A stretch of DNA of 57,600 bases. Origin: Gemmatimonadales bacterium. Lineage in GTDB: Bacteria; Gemmatimonadota; Gemmatimonadetes; Gemmatimonadales; GWC2-71-9. A program made the translations under genes and the position numbers. The stretch lies in assembly GCA_011772755.1 (NCBI GenBank), contig WVYX01000273.1, positions 1 through 57,600 on the forward strand. The letters are read 5' to 3'. The notes beneath the pieces were generated by a model, which worked only from the letters and a program-made list of their open reading frames with translations, was not told the DNA's origin and ran no database searches. This document shows, one piece after another, positions 36,115 through 44,938 of this stretch; positions within the stretch are counted from its first letter, which is position 1; the number at the start of each line of letters is the position of its first letter.

Positions 36115-38277
36115 CTACAGCTTGAGCAGCGCCCGAAAGCGTGGGTGGTCCCGGAGGGACTCGAAATCCGGATCATTGGCGATCCACCGTTTGTTGCCAA
36201 ACCCACCACGGATTGCCTTCTCCATGGTGTCCAGTGCCTTGTCGCTCAGGCCGACCAGCGCATACACGCACGCCACCGCGTAGACCACCACCGGATCCTC
36301 CGAATCGATGGCCAATGCCCGCTCGGTCCACTCCAGGCTCTCCTCGTGCCGGCCCAGCCGTGCCAGGCAGCCGGCGCCTAGGGTCAAGGCCCGCGCGTCG
36401 CCCGGCGAGTGCTCCAGCTGCTTCTCGATCACCGCCAACGCCCTGCGATAGGCCGCCTCTGCCTCGGCGTCGCGCCCCAAGCCGGCATACGCCAGCGCGG
36501 CCAGGAGCCGAGCCTGATAGTCCTCCCGCACGTCGCACGCTTTCTCAAACAAGTGCACCGCTGCCTCATGCTTCCCCTGCTGGAAGCAGGTCCGCGCGTA
36601 GAAGTAGTAGGGCTCGAACAGCGCGGGATTCAGCCGGATCGCCTTCTCGAATTCTTCCTGGGCCTCAGCATACCGCTTGTTCAGCGACACGGCGAGGCCG
36701 CGCGCCGCGTGGGCCTCAGCCAGCTCTGAGTCGAGCTCCAACGCCCGGCGGCTCGCGATGTCTGCCCGGTCCAGGTTGGCTTCGCTGCCGTCGAAGTACA
36801 TGTAGAGGAACGAAGAGCAGTCAGCCACGCCGGCAAACGCCAGCGCAAAGTCCCGATCGATCTCGATGGCGCGGGTGAACATCTCACGTGCGTAGTGCAC
36901 ACTGTTCTTCTGAAACTGGTGCAGGAAGAACCGGCCACGCAGGTAGCATTCGTACGCCGCGAGGTCGACCGTCGGCGACTTGATGAGAGCCTGCTTCTCC
37001 TCGTCGCTCAGCACGACACGCAGTGCACGGGCGATGTTCTGCGCAATCTCATCCTGGATCGCGAACACGTCCTCTGCATCACGATCGTAGCGCTCCGACC
37101 ACAGGTGGTAACCATCGGCGACGCTGACCAGCTGGGCGGTGATCCGCAGCCGATTGCCTGCCTTCCGCACGCTCCCTTCCAACAAAGTTGCGACTCCGAG
37201 CTCCTCGCCGATCGTGCGGATGTCCTGATCCGTGTCCTTGAAGGCAAACGCGGAGGTGCGCGAGGCGACCTGCAGGGCCTTGATCCTGGTCAGGGCATTG
37301 ATGATCTCCTCGGCGATCCCGTCGCTGAAGTACTCGTTCTCCGGATCGGCGCTCATGTTGACGAACGGCAGGACCGCAATCGACCGACCTGGGGGCGTGG
37401 TGGGGGCGCCCCCCCACGTGGACCCCAAAGGTGTGCTGGGGGCAAGCCGCGTGGTTAGCGCCTGGGCGAACTCGGCTGAGGTCGCATACCGGTCCTTGGG
37501 CCACGTCGCCAACGCCCGGAGCACGATCCGTTCGAGCGTCGCCGAGACCGAGCCTCTGACGACACGCAAACTCGGCACGGGCTCCGTACACTTGCGGGCG
37601 AGAATCGCGTGCGGCGTGGGCCCGGTATGAGGAGGCTCGCCCACCAGCATCTCGTACAGAACACAGCCCAGGGAATAGATGTCCGTGCGCGCATCCAGTT
37701 GCCGCTCTCCGCGGGCCTGCTCTGGACTCATGTAGGCGGGCGTACCCACGGCGATGCCGTCCAGCGTCACACGATCTTCCCCCGCCGCCGTAATCGCCCG
37801 GGCAATGCCAAAGTCGGTCACCAGCGCGTGACTCGACTCCAGCAACACGTTCTCCGGCTTGATGTCCCGATGCACCACGCCGCGGCCATGTGCGTAGCTC
37901 AACGCATCCGCCACCTCCAGCGTTATGTGGAGTGCATCCTCCAGCGGAAGCTGCCCCTCCCGCGCGAGGCGGGTCCGGAGAGACTCACCCGCCACGAACG
38001 GCATCACGTAGTAGAGCAGACCATCGACCTCGCCGGAATCATACAGCGGGAGGATGTGCGGATGGCTCAGCTGGGCCGCGATCTGGATCTCCCGCAGGAA
38101 GCGTTCCGCACCAAGGGATGCCGCGAGCTCGGGCCGCATCACCTTCACGGCGACCTTGCGTTGGTGCTTGAGATCCTGAGCACGGTACACCGTCGCCGTG
38201 CCGCCGCGTCCGAGTTCCTGCTCGAAGGCGTAGCTGCTGGCTAGCGCAGTAGAGAGTTGGGCAAGCTGATCGGGCAC
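36115..38277 (-). CDS. Cytoplasmic Ser/Thr kinase - TolB-like - TPR protein
   Basis: GRGGTATVY, HRDIKPEN, DFG, GTPAYMSPEQ, SIAVLPFVNMS, TPRs, C-terminal DPDFESLRDHPRF; no TM. Confidence 0.93.
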   Translation of the reverse strand: MPDQLAQLSTALASSYAFEQELGRGGTATVYRAQDLKHQRKVAVKVMRPELAASLGAERFLREIQIAAQLSHPHILPLYDSGEVDGLLYYVMPFVAGESLRTRLAREGQLPLEDALHITLEVADALSYAHGRGVVHRDIKPENVLLESSHALVTDFGIARAITAAGEDRVTLDGIAVGTPAYMSPEQARGERQLDARTDIYSLGCVLYEMLVGEPPHTGPTPHAILARKCTEPVPSLRVVRGSVSATLERIVLRALATWPKDRYATSAEFAQALTTRLAPSTPLGSTWGGAPTTPPGRSIAVLPFVNMSADPENEYFSDGIAEEIINALTRIKALQVASRTSAFAFKDTDQDIRTIGEELGVATLLEGSVRKAGNRLRITAQLVSVADGYHLWSERYDRDAEDVFAIQDEIAQNIARALRVVLSDEEKQALIKSPTVDLAAYECYLRGRFFLHQFQKNSVHYAREMFTRAIEIDRDFALAFAGVADCSSFLYMYFDGSEANLDRADIASRRALELDSELAEAHAARGLAVSLNKRYAEAQEEFEKAIRLNPALFEPYYFYARTCFQQGKHEAAVHLFEKACDVREDYQARLLAALAYAGLGRDAEAEAAYRRALAVIEKQLEHSPGDARALTLGAGCLARLGRHEESLEWTERALAIDSEDPVVVYAVACVYALVGLSDKALDTMEKAIRGGFGNKRWIANDPDFESLRDHPRFRALLKL

Positions 38278-38385
38278 GGGGCAACACTCCGGATCAATAC
38301 CAAGCTAATACCCCGGACCGACTCACGAGAAGCGTAGCTCAAGATAGCAGTCGGCGGGTGGGCAGGAGGATAAGGCGGCCTGTCG

Positions 38386-40515
38386 TCACACTCCCGCTAA
38401 GAGCGCCTGGAAACGGGGATGGCTGCGCAGCGAGTCGAGATCAGGATCATGCTCGATCCACTCCTTGCTCCCGAACCCCGTCTGGAACGCCTGCTCGAGG
38501 CAATCGATGGCTCGCTCCGCTTCTCCCTCCAGCGCATACAGGCATGCCACGTTATAGCGCACTCCCGCATCCTCCGGATCGATTGCCACTGCCCGCTCGG
38601 CCCATTCCAGCCCCCTCGCTTGCTCGCCCAGCCGGCACAAGCAAACCGCGCACATGGTGGCGGCGCGAGGATCATCAGGATTGAGCTCCAAGTGCTGCTC
38701 CACCACCCCCAAAGCCCGGCGGTATGCGACCTCGGCGTCCGCCTCATTCCCCAGTGCCGCATAGGATTGGGCAGCGAAGAACGATGCCTGGTAGTCCTCG
38801 CGCACCCGGGAAGCATCCTCGAACAACCGCGCGGCTTGCTCCAGCTTTCCCTGCGCGAAGCAGGCCCGGGCGTAGTGATACCGGGCCTCGAACTGCTTGG
38901 GATCCAGCCGAATCGCGGTCTCGAACTCCAACTCGGCATCCTGGTGGCGCTTCATCTGAAACAGGGCAAATCCCCGAGCCCCATGGGCCTCCGCCGACTC
39001 GGGCTCGAGCTCCAGCGCCTTCCGGCTCGCCACGTCAGCCTGCTCGAGATCGACGTTGCTGGAGGCATAGTACATGTTCAGCATCGACCAGCAGTCAGCC
39101 ACGCCGGCATACGCCAGTGCGAACTCGGGGTCGAGCTGAATCGCCCGATCGAACATCTGCCGGGCATACTCGAGGCTCTTCTTGCGACTCTGGCGGAAGA
39201 ACTGACGCCCGCGAAGGTAGTAGTCGTAGGCCTTGACGTCCGCCGTGGGCGCCTTCGCGATGGCACGCTTCTCGTCCTCACTCAGGATGAGCTGTAGCGC
39301 CTCGGCGATGTTGCGCGCAATCTCGTCCTGAATCGCGAAGACATCCTCCAGCTCCCGGTCATAACTCTCGGACCACAGGTGGTAGCCGTCGGCGACGTTG
39401 ATCAACTGCGCCGTGATCCGGAGCGTGCTGCCCGCCTTACGGACGCTCCCTTCGAGCACGGTGCCAACCCCCAAGTACTGACCGATGTTCCGGATATCCT
39501 GACGCTTACGCTTGAAGGCAAAGGCCGAGGTACGCGATGCGACCCGCAGGGCGCGGACCTTGGCGAGCGCGCTCGTGATCTCGTCGGCGATGCCGTCCGC
39601 GAAGTAGTCGCTCTCGGTGTCCGAGCTCATGTTGGCGAACGGCAGCACGGCAATGGACGTCGCAGGGTAGGCAACCGCTATCCCCCGCTGTGATGCCAGT
39701 GCCTCGGCAAAGTCGGCGGCCGTGCCAAACCGGTCAGCCGGCACCGGCGCCAGGGCCCTGACCAAGACGCGCTCCAGCGGATACGGCAGAGTGTCCAGCT
39801 GCTGGCGATGCTCAGGCGGGGCAGCGGTAATCTGGCCGGTGGTGAGCGATTGGCGGTCGAGCTTGCCCGGCCTCTCACCCACCAACATCTCGTACAGCAC
39901 GCACCCCAGACTATACACATCCGTCCGCTCGTCGAGATCGGTACTACCCGTCTCCTGCTCGGGACTCATGTAGCCCAACGTCCCCAGCGGCAGCCCCTCC
40001 AGCGTCAGCGACTCCCCGCCGGCTGCGCTCACTGCCCGTGCGATCCCGAAATCCGTCACCACGGCCTCCCCACCGGGGAGCAGAATGTTATCCGGCTTGA
40101 TATCGCGATGAATCACACCATGGCTGTGAGCGTACGTCAGCGCGGAGACCACTCCCCGCGCGATCCGGACCGCCTCCTCCAACGGCAGGGGCCGGTCGCG
40201 ACACAGCCGCGTCCGCAATGACTCGCCCTCCACGTGGGGCATCACGTAGTAGAGCATGCCAGCGATTTCGCCGGAGTCGTACACCGGAACGATGTGGGGA
40301 TGACTGAGCTTGGCCGCGATCCGGATCTCCCGGAGGAACCGCTCTGCACCGAGGGACGCGGCAAGCTCGGGACGCAACACTTTGAGCGCGACCCGTCGAT
40401 CGTGCTTGAGATCGCGGGCGAGGTAAACCACCGCCATGCCGCCACGGCCCAGTTCCCGTCCCACGCGGTAGCGGTCGGCGAGGATGCCTGCGAGCCTTGA
40501 GCTGAGACCAGCCAC
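38386..40515 (-). CDS. Cytoplasmic Ser/Thr kinase - TolB-like - TPR protein
   Basis: GRGGMAVVY, HRDIKPDN, DFG, GTLGYMSPEQ, SIAVLPFANMS, YNVACLY, DPDLDSLRSHPRF; no TM. Confidence 0.93.
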   Translation of the reverse strand: MAGLSSRLAGILADRYRVGRELGRGGMAVVYLARDLKHDRRVALKVLRPELAASLGAERFLREIRIAAKLSHPHIVPVYDSGEIAGMLYYVMPHVEGESLRTRLCRDRPLPLEEAVRIARGVVSALTYAHSHGVIHRDIKPDNILLPGGEAVVTDFGIARAVSAAGGESLTLEGLPLGTLGYMSPEQETGSTDLDERTDVYSLGCVLYEMLVGERPGKLDRQSLTTGQITAAPPEHRQQLDTLPYPLERVLVRALAPVPADRFGTAADFAEALASQRGIAVAYPATSIAVLPFANMSSDTESDYFADGIADEITSALAKVRALRVASRTSAFAFKRKRQDIRNIGQYLGVGTVLEGSVRKAGSTLRITAQLINVADGYHLWSESYDRELEDVFAIQDEIARNIAEALQLILSEDEKRAIAKAPTADVKAYDYYLRGRQFFRQSRKKSLEYARQMFDRAIQLDPEFALAYAGVADCWSMLNMYYASSNVDLEQADVASRKALELEPESAEAHGARGFALFQMKRHQDAELEFETAIRLDPKQFEARYHYARACFAQGKLEQAARLFEDASRVREDYQASFFAAQSYAALGNEADAEVAYRRALGVVEQHLELNPDDPRAATMCAVCLCRLGEQARGLEWAERAVAIDPEDAGVRYNVACLYALEGEAERAIDCLEQAFQTGFGSKEWIEHDPDLDSLRSHPRFQALLAGV

Positions 40516-40841
40516 GCAGCCATGCTCCGAGCTAGATGCAGGCTAATACCCTAGAAACAATCAAATGAATCAATAGTGAAGTAGTCGTGAATGGGTGCAG
40601 GAAGGGACGCGGTGTTAGCCGGCCGCGTCAAACGAGCGCGGAGGTGCGTGGCCGGCCCCGGCGAAAGTGGCACACCGCATCAACGCCGGCACCCACACCG
40701 GTGAGTCGCGTCGTGAACGGGAAGAAGGGTCGGAGCGCTCCGTTGCCCGGCGCCTCGATGCAGCAGCCGCGCGGCTAGCGGGCCCGCGGCCGGACGGTTG
40801 GAACGGAGCGCGAAACTTCGTGGGTGGGTAGCACCCGAGGC

Positions 40842-41090
40842 TCACGTCAGGCCGAGTCGCTGCTCCAGGTGCGTCTTCACCGTCGGCGTGATGACACCAC
40901 GTCCCACCAGGCCATCGAGCGTAGCATTGATCTCGGACCGATCTGCGTCCAGCTTCCGCTCCCGTAGCTCGTTTATGATGCGTGCGAGACGCTGATCGTA
41001 CTCGCCATGCTCCAGCGTCCCCGTACTCATCTCCTGCTTCAACTCCTCCAGCTTCCTGACCAAGTGATCGAGCGCAATAGGCTCACTCAT
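40842..41090 (-). CDS. Small helical hypothetical protein
   Basis: 82 aa MSEPIALDHLVRKLEELK...; GGAGG RBS; amphipathic helices. Confidence 0.7.
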   Translation of the reverse strand: MSEPIALDHLVRKLEELKQEMSTGTLEHGEYDQRLARIINELRERKLDADRSEINATLDGLVGRGVITPTVKTHLEQRLGLT

Positions 41091-41286
41091 GCACAATCCT
41101 CCGGACCCCCAAAGGGGGAAACAAGGGAATACGAGGTTCTCCAAATGGGGCTGAAGAATACGCTGTAGCTCCGGGAGAGGCTAGGGCGGTCCCGCACGCT
41201 GGGAGCCTCGAGCCTCCTGGTAGAGCCTGGCTCCCCGCTCTATCTTCGCGGAAGGACTAGGGGTGGCGTGCTGTTGAAGAAGAGGA

Positions 41287-41373
41287 GGGTGCTGGGTCCT
41301 GGGTATTCGGTCCTGAACTACCGGGGCTGACCTCGCGTCTGCCCTAGAACCAAGCACCCAGAACCTAACACCT
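41287..41373. repeat. Inverted arrays of heptamer repeats
   Basis: GGGTGCT GGGTCCT GGGTATT CGGTCCT facing AGAACCA AGCACCC AGAACCT AACACCT (reverse complement NGGTKYT x4). Confidence 0.6.
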
Positions 41374-41447
41374 GCGGTGAAGGCGAACCGCAAGCGGAAA
41401 GAGCCGCCGGCACGCGACGCCAGGACGCGCTTCAGGGAGACTCCCCC

Positions 41448-42833
41448 ATGAGATGGTTCATCACTCCGCTCCGGATTGTTCTTGTCGCTGTTTTCACCTT
41501 CCCGATGCTTGGCGCGGACAAGGCCACGGCCCAGTCAGAACCGCCTCCGGGAAGCACGACTCTCGCTCTCACCGGCGATGCGATCCTGAGCCGCCGGCTC
41601 TCCCCGTTCAGGGAGCCCGCGTACCTCGCAATGCTCGAGGTGATCCGCAATGCCGACGCCGCCTTCACCAACCTGGAAGTCCTGTTCCACGACTACACCG
41701 AGGGGTATCCGGCGGCGCACAGCGGCGGGACCTGGATGGCTGCGGAGCCCTTCCTCGCAGGTGAGCTGGTGTGGGCGGGCTTCGACATGGTGTCCCGCGC
41801 GAACAATCACACGATGGACTACAGCGCGGGCGGCATGCGGGCAACCACGCGAGCGCTGGACGCCGTGGGGCTGGTACACTCCGGGGCGGGCGAGAACCTC
41901 GCTCACGCCCGAGCGCCAGCGTTCCTGGAGACGCCCGGGGGCCGCGTGGCCCTCATATCCGTTGCCTCCACCTTCTCCGATGAGGATCGGGCCGGTCCGC
42001 AGCGCAGCGAGCTGCGGGGCAGGCCTGGTCTCAGCCCGTTACGCTACACCAGCACCTACGTGGTGAGCCGCGAGTCGATCCAGAAGTTGCGAGACGTGGC
42101 AGGGGAGATGGCGATGCGGCTGCCCGATAGTGATCGACGGATCCGGTTTTTCGGAACGCAGTTCGAGGCAGGCGATTCTGTGGAGCGGCGCACCAGCCCG
42201 CATGAGAGGGACCTCGCGGAGATCCTCACAGCGGTCGAGGAAGCGCGCCGCCAAGCAGACTGGATCATCGTAGCCAGCCACACGCATGAGGGGGGCGCGT
42301 CGCGAGAGGTGCCCGCCGACTTTCTCGTCACCTTCGCTCACGCCGTGATCGACGCGGGCGCCGACATCTTCGTGGGACACGGCCCCCACGTCCTCCGGGG
42401 GATCGAGATCTACGGGGGCAAGCCGATCTTCTACAGCCTGGCCAACTTCATCTTCCAGAACGAATCGGTCCGCTTCCTTCCCGGCGACATGTACCAGCGG
42501 TACGGGCTCCCAGAGGATGCCACCCCTGCCGACATCTACGACCGGCGCATGAGCGGACGAGGTGGGGGGTTCCCGGGACAGCAGGTCTACTGGGAGAGCG
42601 TGATCGCCGTCCCGCGGTTCCGGGACGGCCGGCTGGACGAGATCCGCCTGCACCCCATCACCCTCGGATACGGCAAGCCTCGTCCGCAACGGGGGAGGCC
42701 GCGCTTGGCCGATAGGGAAGCGGGCCGGCGCATTATCGAGCAGGTGGGGAGGCTGTCTCGACCCTACGGCACCACAGTGCGTTATCTGGCAGACGAGAAC
42801 CTAGGGGTCATCGAGGGGCCGGGACGCAGCTGA
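41448..42833 (+). CDS. CapA/PGA_cap family metallophosphoesterase-fold protein, exported
   Basis: Signal peptide, TGD, NLE, RANNHTMDY, SHTHE, GHGPHV, FYSLAN. Confidence 0.9.
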   Translation: MRWFITPLRIVLVAVFTFPMLGADKATAQSEPPPGSTTLALTGDAILSRRLSPFREPAYLAMLEVIRNADAAFTNLEVLFHDYTEGYPAAHSGGTWMAAEPFLAGELVWAGFDMVSRANNHTMDYSAGGMRATTRALDAVGLVHSGAGENLAHARAPAFLETPGGRVALISVASTFSDEDRAGPQRSELRGRPGLSPLRYTSTYVVSRESIQKLRDVAGEMAMRLPDSDRRIRFFGTQFEAGDSVERRTSPHERDLAEILTAVEEARRQADWIIVASHTHEGGASREVPADFLVTFAHAVIDAGADIFVGHGPHVLRGIEIYGGKPIFYSLANFIFQNESVRFLPGDMYQRYGLPEDATPADIYDRRMSGRGGGFPGQQVYWESVIAVPRFRDGRLDEIRLHPITLGYGKPRPQRGRPRLADREAGRRIIEQVGRLSRPYGTTVRYLADENLGVIEGPGRS

Positions 42834-42842
42834 GCTTCGCGG

Positions 42843-43865
42843 TCACGCGGCATCCGTCACTCGCAGCGCCGCGTCGATGATCCGACGGGTGTTGGGAAGG
42901 GCCTGGTCCTCCAGTTCCCGGCTGTACGGTATCGTCGCCTCGGTGGCAACCCGGCCATAGCGAGGTTGGAGACCAGCTTCCAACAGCACCGCCCCCACCT
43001 CGCCCGACAGCCCGAAGTCCCGGTAGTCCTCGTCTACCACCACAACCCTCCCACTGCGGGCCACCTCGTCGCACAGGGTGTCGCGATCCAGCGGTGCGAT
43101 GGTCCGCAGGTCCACCACGCCGGCCTGGATGCCCTGCTCTTCCAGAGCGCCAGCGGCTTCGAGGCAGCGATGCACGCCGACCCCGACGCTCACCAGCGTC
43201 AACTCCGATCCGTCGCGCACGACCGAGGCCCTTCCCAACGGCTCTGGGGCCCAGGTATCGGGGACTGGCCCACGCAGGCCCTCCTGCGGGACATCGTAGG
43301 ACACGGTCGATCGCCCACCGGCTCCGAGGTAGTCCAGCCAGTACGATGCCAGGAGCTTGTGCTCTAGGTAGACGACCGGGCCTTCATGCTCGATGGCTGC
43401 TAGCATCAAGCCGCCGGCGTCCCTGGGATTGGACGGCACCACTACCACGAGACCGGGGATGTGGCCCAGCCAGCCCCACAGGCTCTGCTCGTGCTGCCCG
43501 CCGTCCCCATATCCGCCCCCACACGCGGCCCGAACCACCAGAGGAGCCTTCCATTTCCCTCCCGAGAACGCCTCCACCTTCGCCGCGTGATTCAGCAGTG
43601 CGTCCATGGCGACGCCGACGAAGTCCACCAGCATCACCTCGACCACTGGCCGTAGCCCAGCCATCGCCGCGGCCACCGCTGCCCCGACGAACGCGGCCTC
43701 ACTAATGGGCGTCGGGCGGACCCGCTGCTCACCGAACCGCACCCGCAGGTTGACACGGAGCATGGCAACGTCCTCGCCCAGAATCACGATCCGAGAGTCT
43801 GCAGCCATCGCCTGGGCGAGGGCGTCCTCGATCGCTGCGGCGAACTCCAGCGTTCTCACACTCAC
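42843..43865 (-). CDS. ThDP-dependent 2-oxoacid/acetoin dehydrogenase E1 beta-like subunit
   Basis: LGEDV, TPISEAAFVG, GLRPVVE, QHEQS, EHKLL, VDLRTIAPLD. Confidence 0.88.
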   Translation of the reverse strand: MSVRTLEFAAAIEDALAQAMAADSRIVILGEDVAMLRVNLRVRFGEQRVRPTPISEAAFVGAAVAAAMAGLRPVVEVMLVDFVGVAMDALLNHAAKVEAFSGGKWKAPLVVRAACGGGYGDGGQHEQSLWGWLGHIPGLVVVVPSNPRDAGGLMLAAIEHEGPVVYLEHKLLASYWLDYLGAGGRSTVSYDVPQEGLRGPVPDTWAPEPLGRASVVRDGSELTLVSVGVGVHRCLEAAGALEEQGIQAGVVDLRTIAPLDRDTLCDEVARSGRVVVVDEDYRDFGLSGEVGAVLLEAGLQPRYGRVATEATIPYSRELEDQALPNTRRIIDAALRVTDAA

Positions 43866-43887
43866 GCTCTCCGCCCCGGCCGCGTGC

Positions 43888-44907
43888 TCACTGCTCTCTC
43901 TCCACGGCATCCAGCACCCGGCCAATCTGCTGGACCACCTCCTGCTCCAGCTTCTCCAGGCGGCGGGAATCGGCTTTGCTGAGAAGGCGCCGGGTCCGCT
44001 CCACCGGGTCACGGCGCCATAGCTCCCGAGCCGCCGACTTCCCCAGCAACGAAGTGACGGCTCCCAGACTCGCGGCACGGCGTGGCAGCGACGCCCCCTT
44101 TGGCTGCGTGGCGGAACGCAGCATCGGACCGGCCATCTGCTTCACCTGCTCCACCGGCTTGCGGATCACTCGACGCAGAGGATCACCCAGGAAGTGCCCC
44201 TCCAGGTGGGAGCAGTGAGCCAGCAGAAATGAAGGACCCTTCCCCCGGCGCGCCCGGGCAACCGCCGGAGCGGCTGCCGCCCACACGGCGTCGACGTCCG
44301 TCCCGTCTACTTCCTGGGCGGGAAGCCCGAAACCCTCGGCCCGCTTCGTGAGCGAGCCTCCGGTCACGTCTGGCGACCGGGTCGTAATCGCCCAGGCATC
44401 GTCCTTGCACACGAACAGCACCGGCAGCTTCCACGACGCCGCCAGGTTCAGGGATTCCATCAGCATGCCCTGATTCATTGCCCCTTCGCCAAAGAAGGCG
44501 ATCGCCAGCTTCCCAGGACGGAGCAGCTGGGCCGCGAGAGCAAAGCCTACCGCTGAAGGACCCGACGCGCCTACGATGCCGGAGGACGCTGCTAGATGGT
44601 CGGGAGAGAAGAGGTGCATGTGTCCACCCATTCCACTGCAGAGCCCGTCGGGCCGACCGAGAAACTCCTTGAGGAGGAGCACCAGATCCACACCCCGCGC
44701 CACCAGCGGCGGGGTGCCCCGGTGATCCAGTGCCATGGCGTCGCCTTCCTCGAGATGGTCCACGACACCCACGGCCACGGCCTCCTCACCCAGTCCCATG
44801 TGCATCTCGCCCGAGATCGCACCCCGCTCCCACAGCTCACGCACCGCCTCTTCGAAGCGGCGGCTACGGAGCATGTCTCGGTATAAGGACCAGCGGTCGG
44901 GTTCCAT
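43888..44907 (-). CDS. ThDP-dependent dehydrogenase E1 alpha-like subunit
   Basis: RRFEE, HMGLGEEA, HRG, GMGGHMH, GIVG, FFGEGA...CKDD, EGH. Confidence 0.88.
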   Translation of the reverse strand: MEPDRWSLYRDMLRSRRFEEAVRELWERGAISGEMHMGLGEEAVAVGVVDHLEEGDAMALDHRGTPPLVARGVDLVLLLKEFLGRPDGLCSGMGGHMHLFSPDHLAASSGIVGASGPSAVGFALAAQLLRPGKLAIAFFGEGAMNQGMLMESLNLAASWKLPVLFVCKDDAWAITTRSPDVTGGSLTKRAEGFGLPAQEVDGTDVDAVWAAAAPAVARARRGKGPSFLLAHCSHLEGHFLGDPLRRVIRKPVEQVKQMAGPMLRSATQPKGASLPRRAASLGAVTSLLGKSAARELWRRDPVERTRRLLSKADSRRLEKLEQEVVQQIGRVLDAVEREQ

Positions 44908-44938
44908 AAGCTCCACCGAAGTGGCAGGCTCCGGGCCT

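Noticed and set aside
40600-40840. Integron attC site or ncRNA (GTTAGCC core, GC-rich stems)
   Set aside because: No matching inverse core at a suitable distance, no integrase, and no recognisable RNA family.
41448-42833. Poly-gamma-glutamate capsule operon
   Set aside because: No capB/capC nearby; stand-alone CapA-family genes are common.
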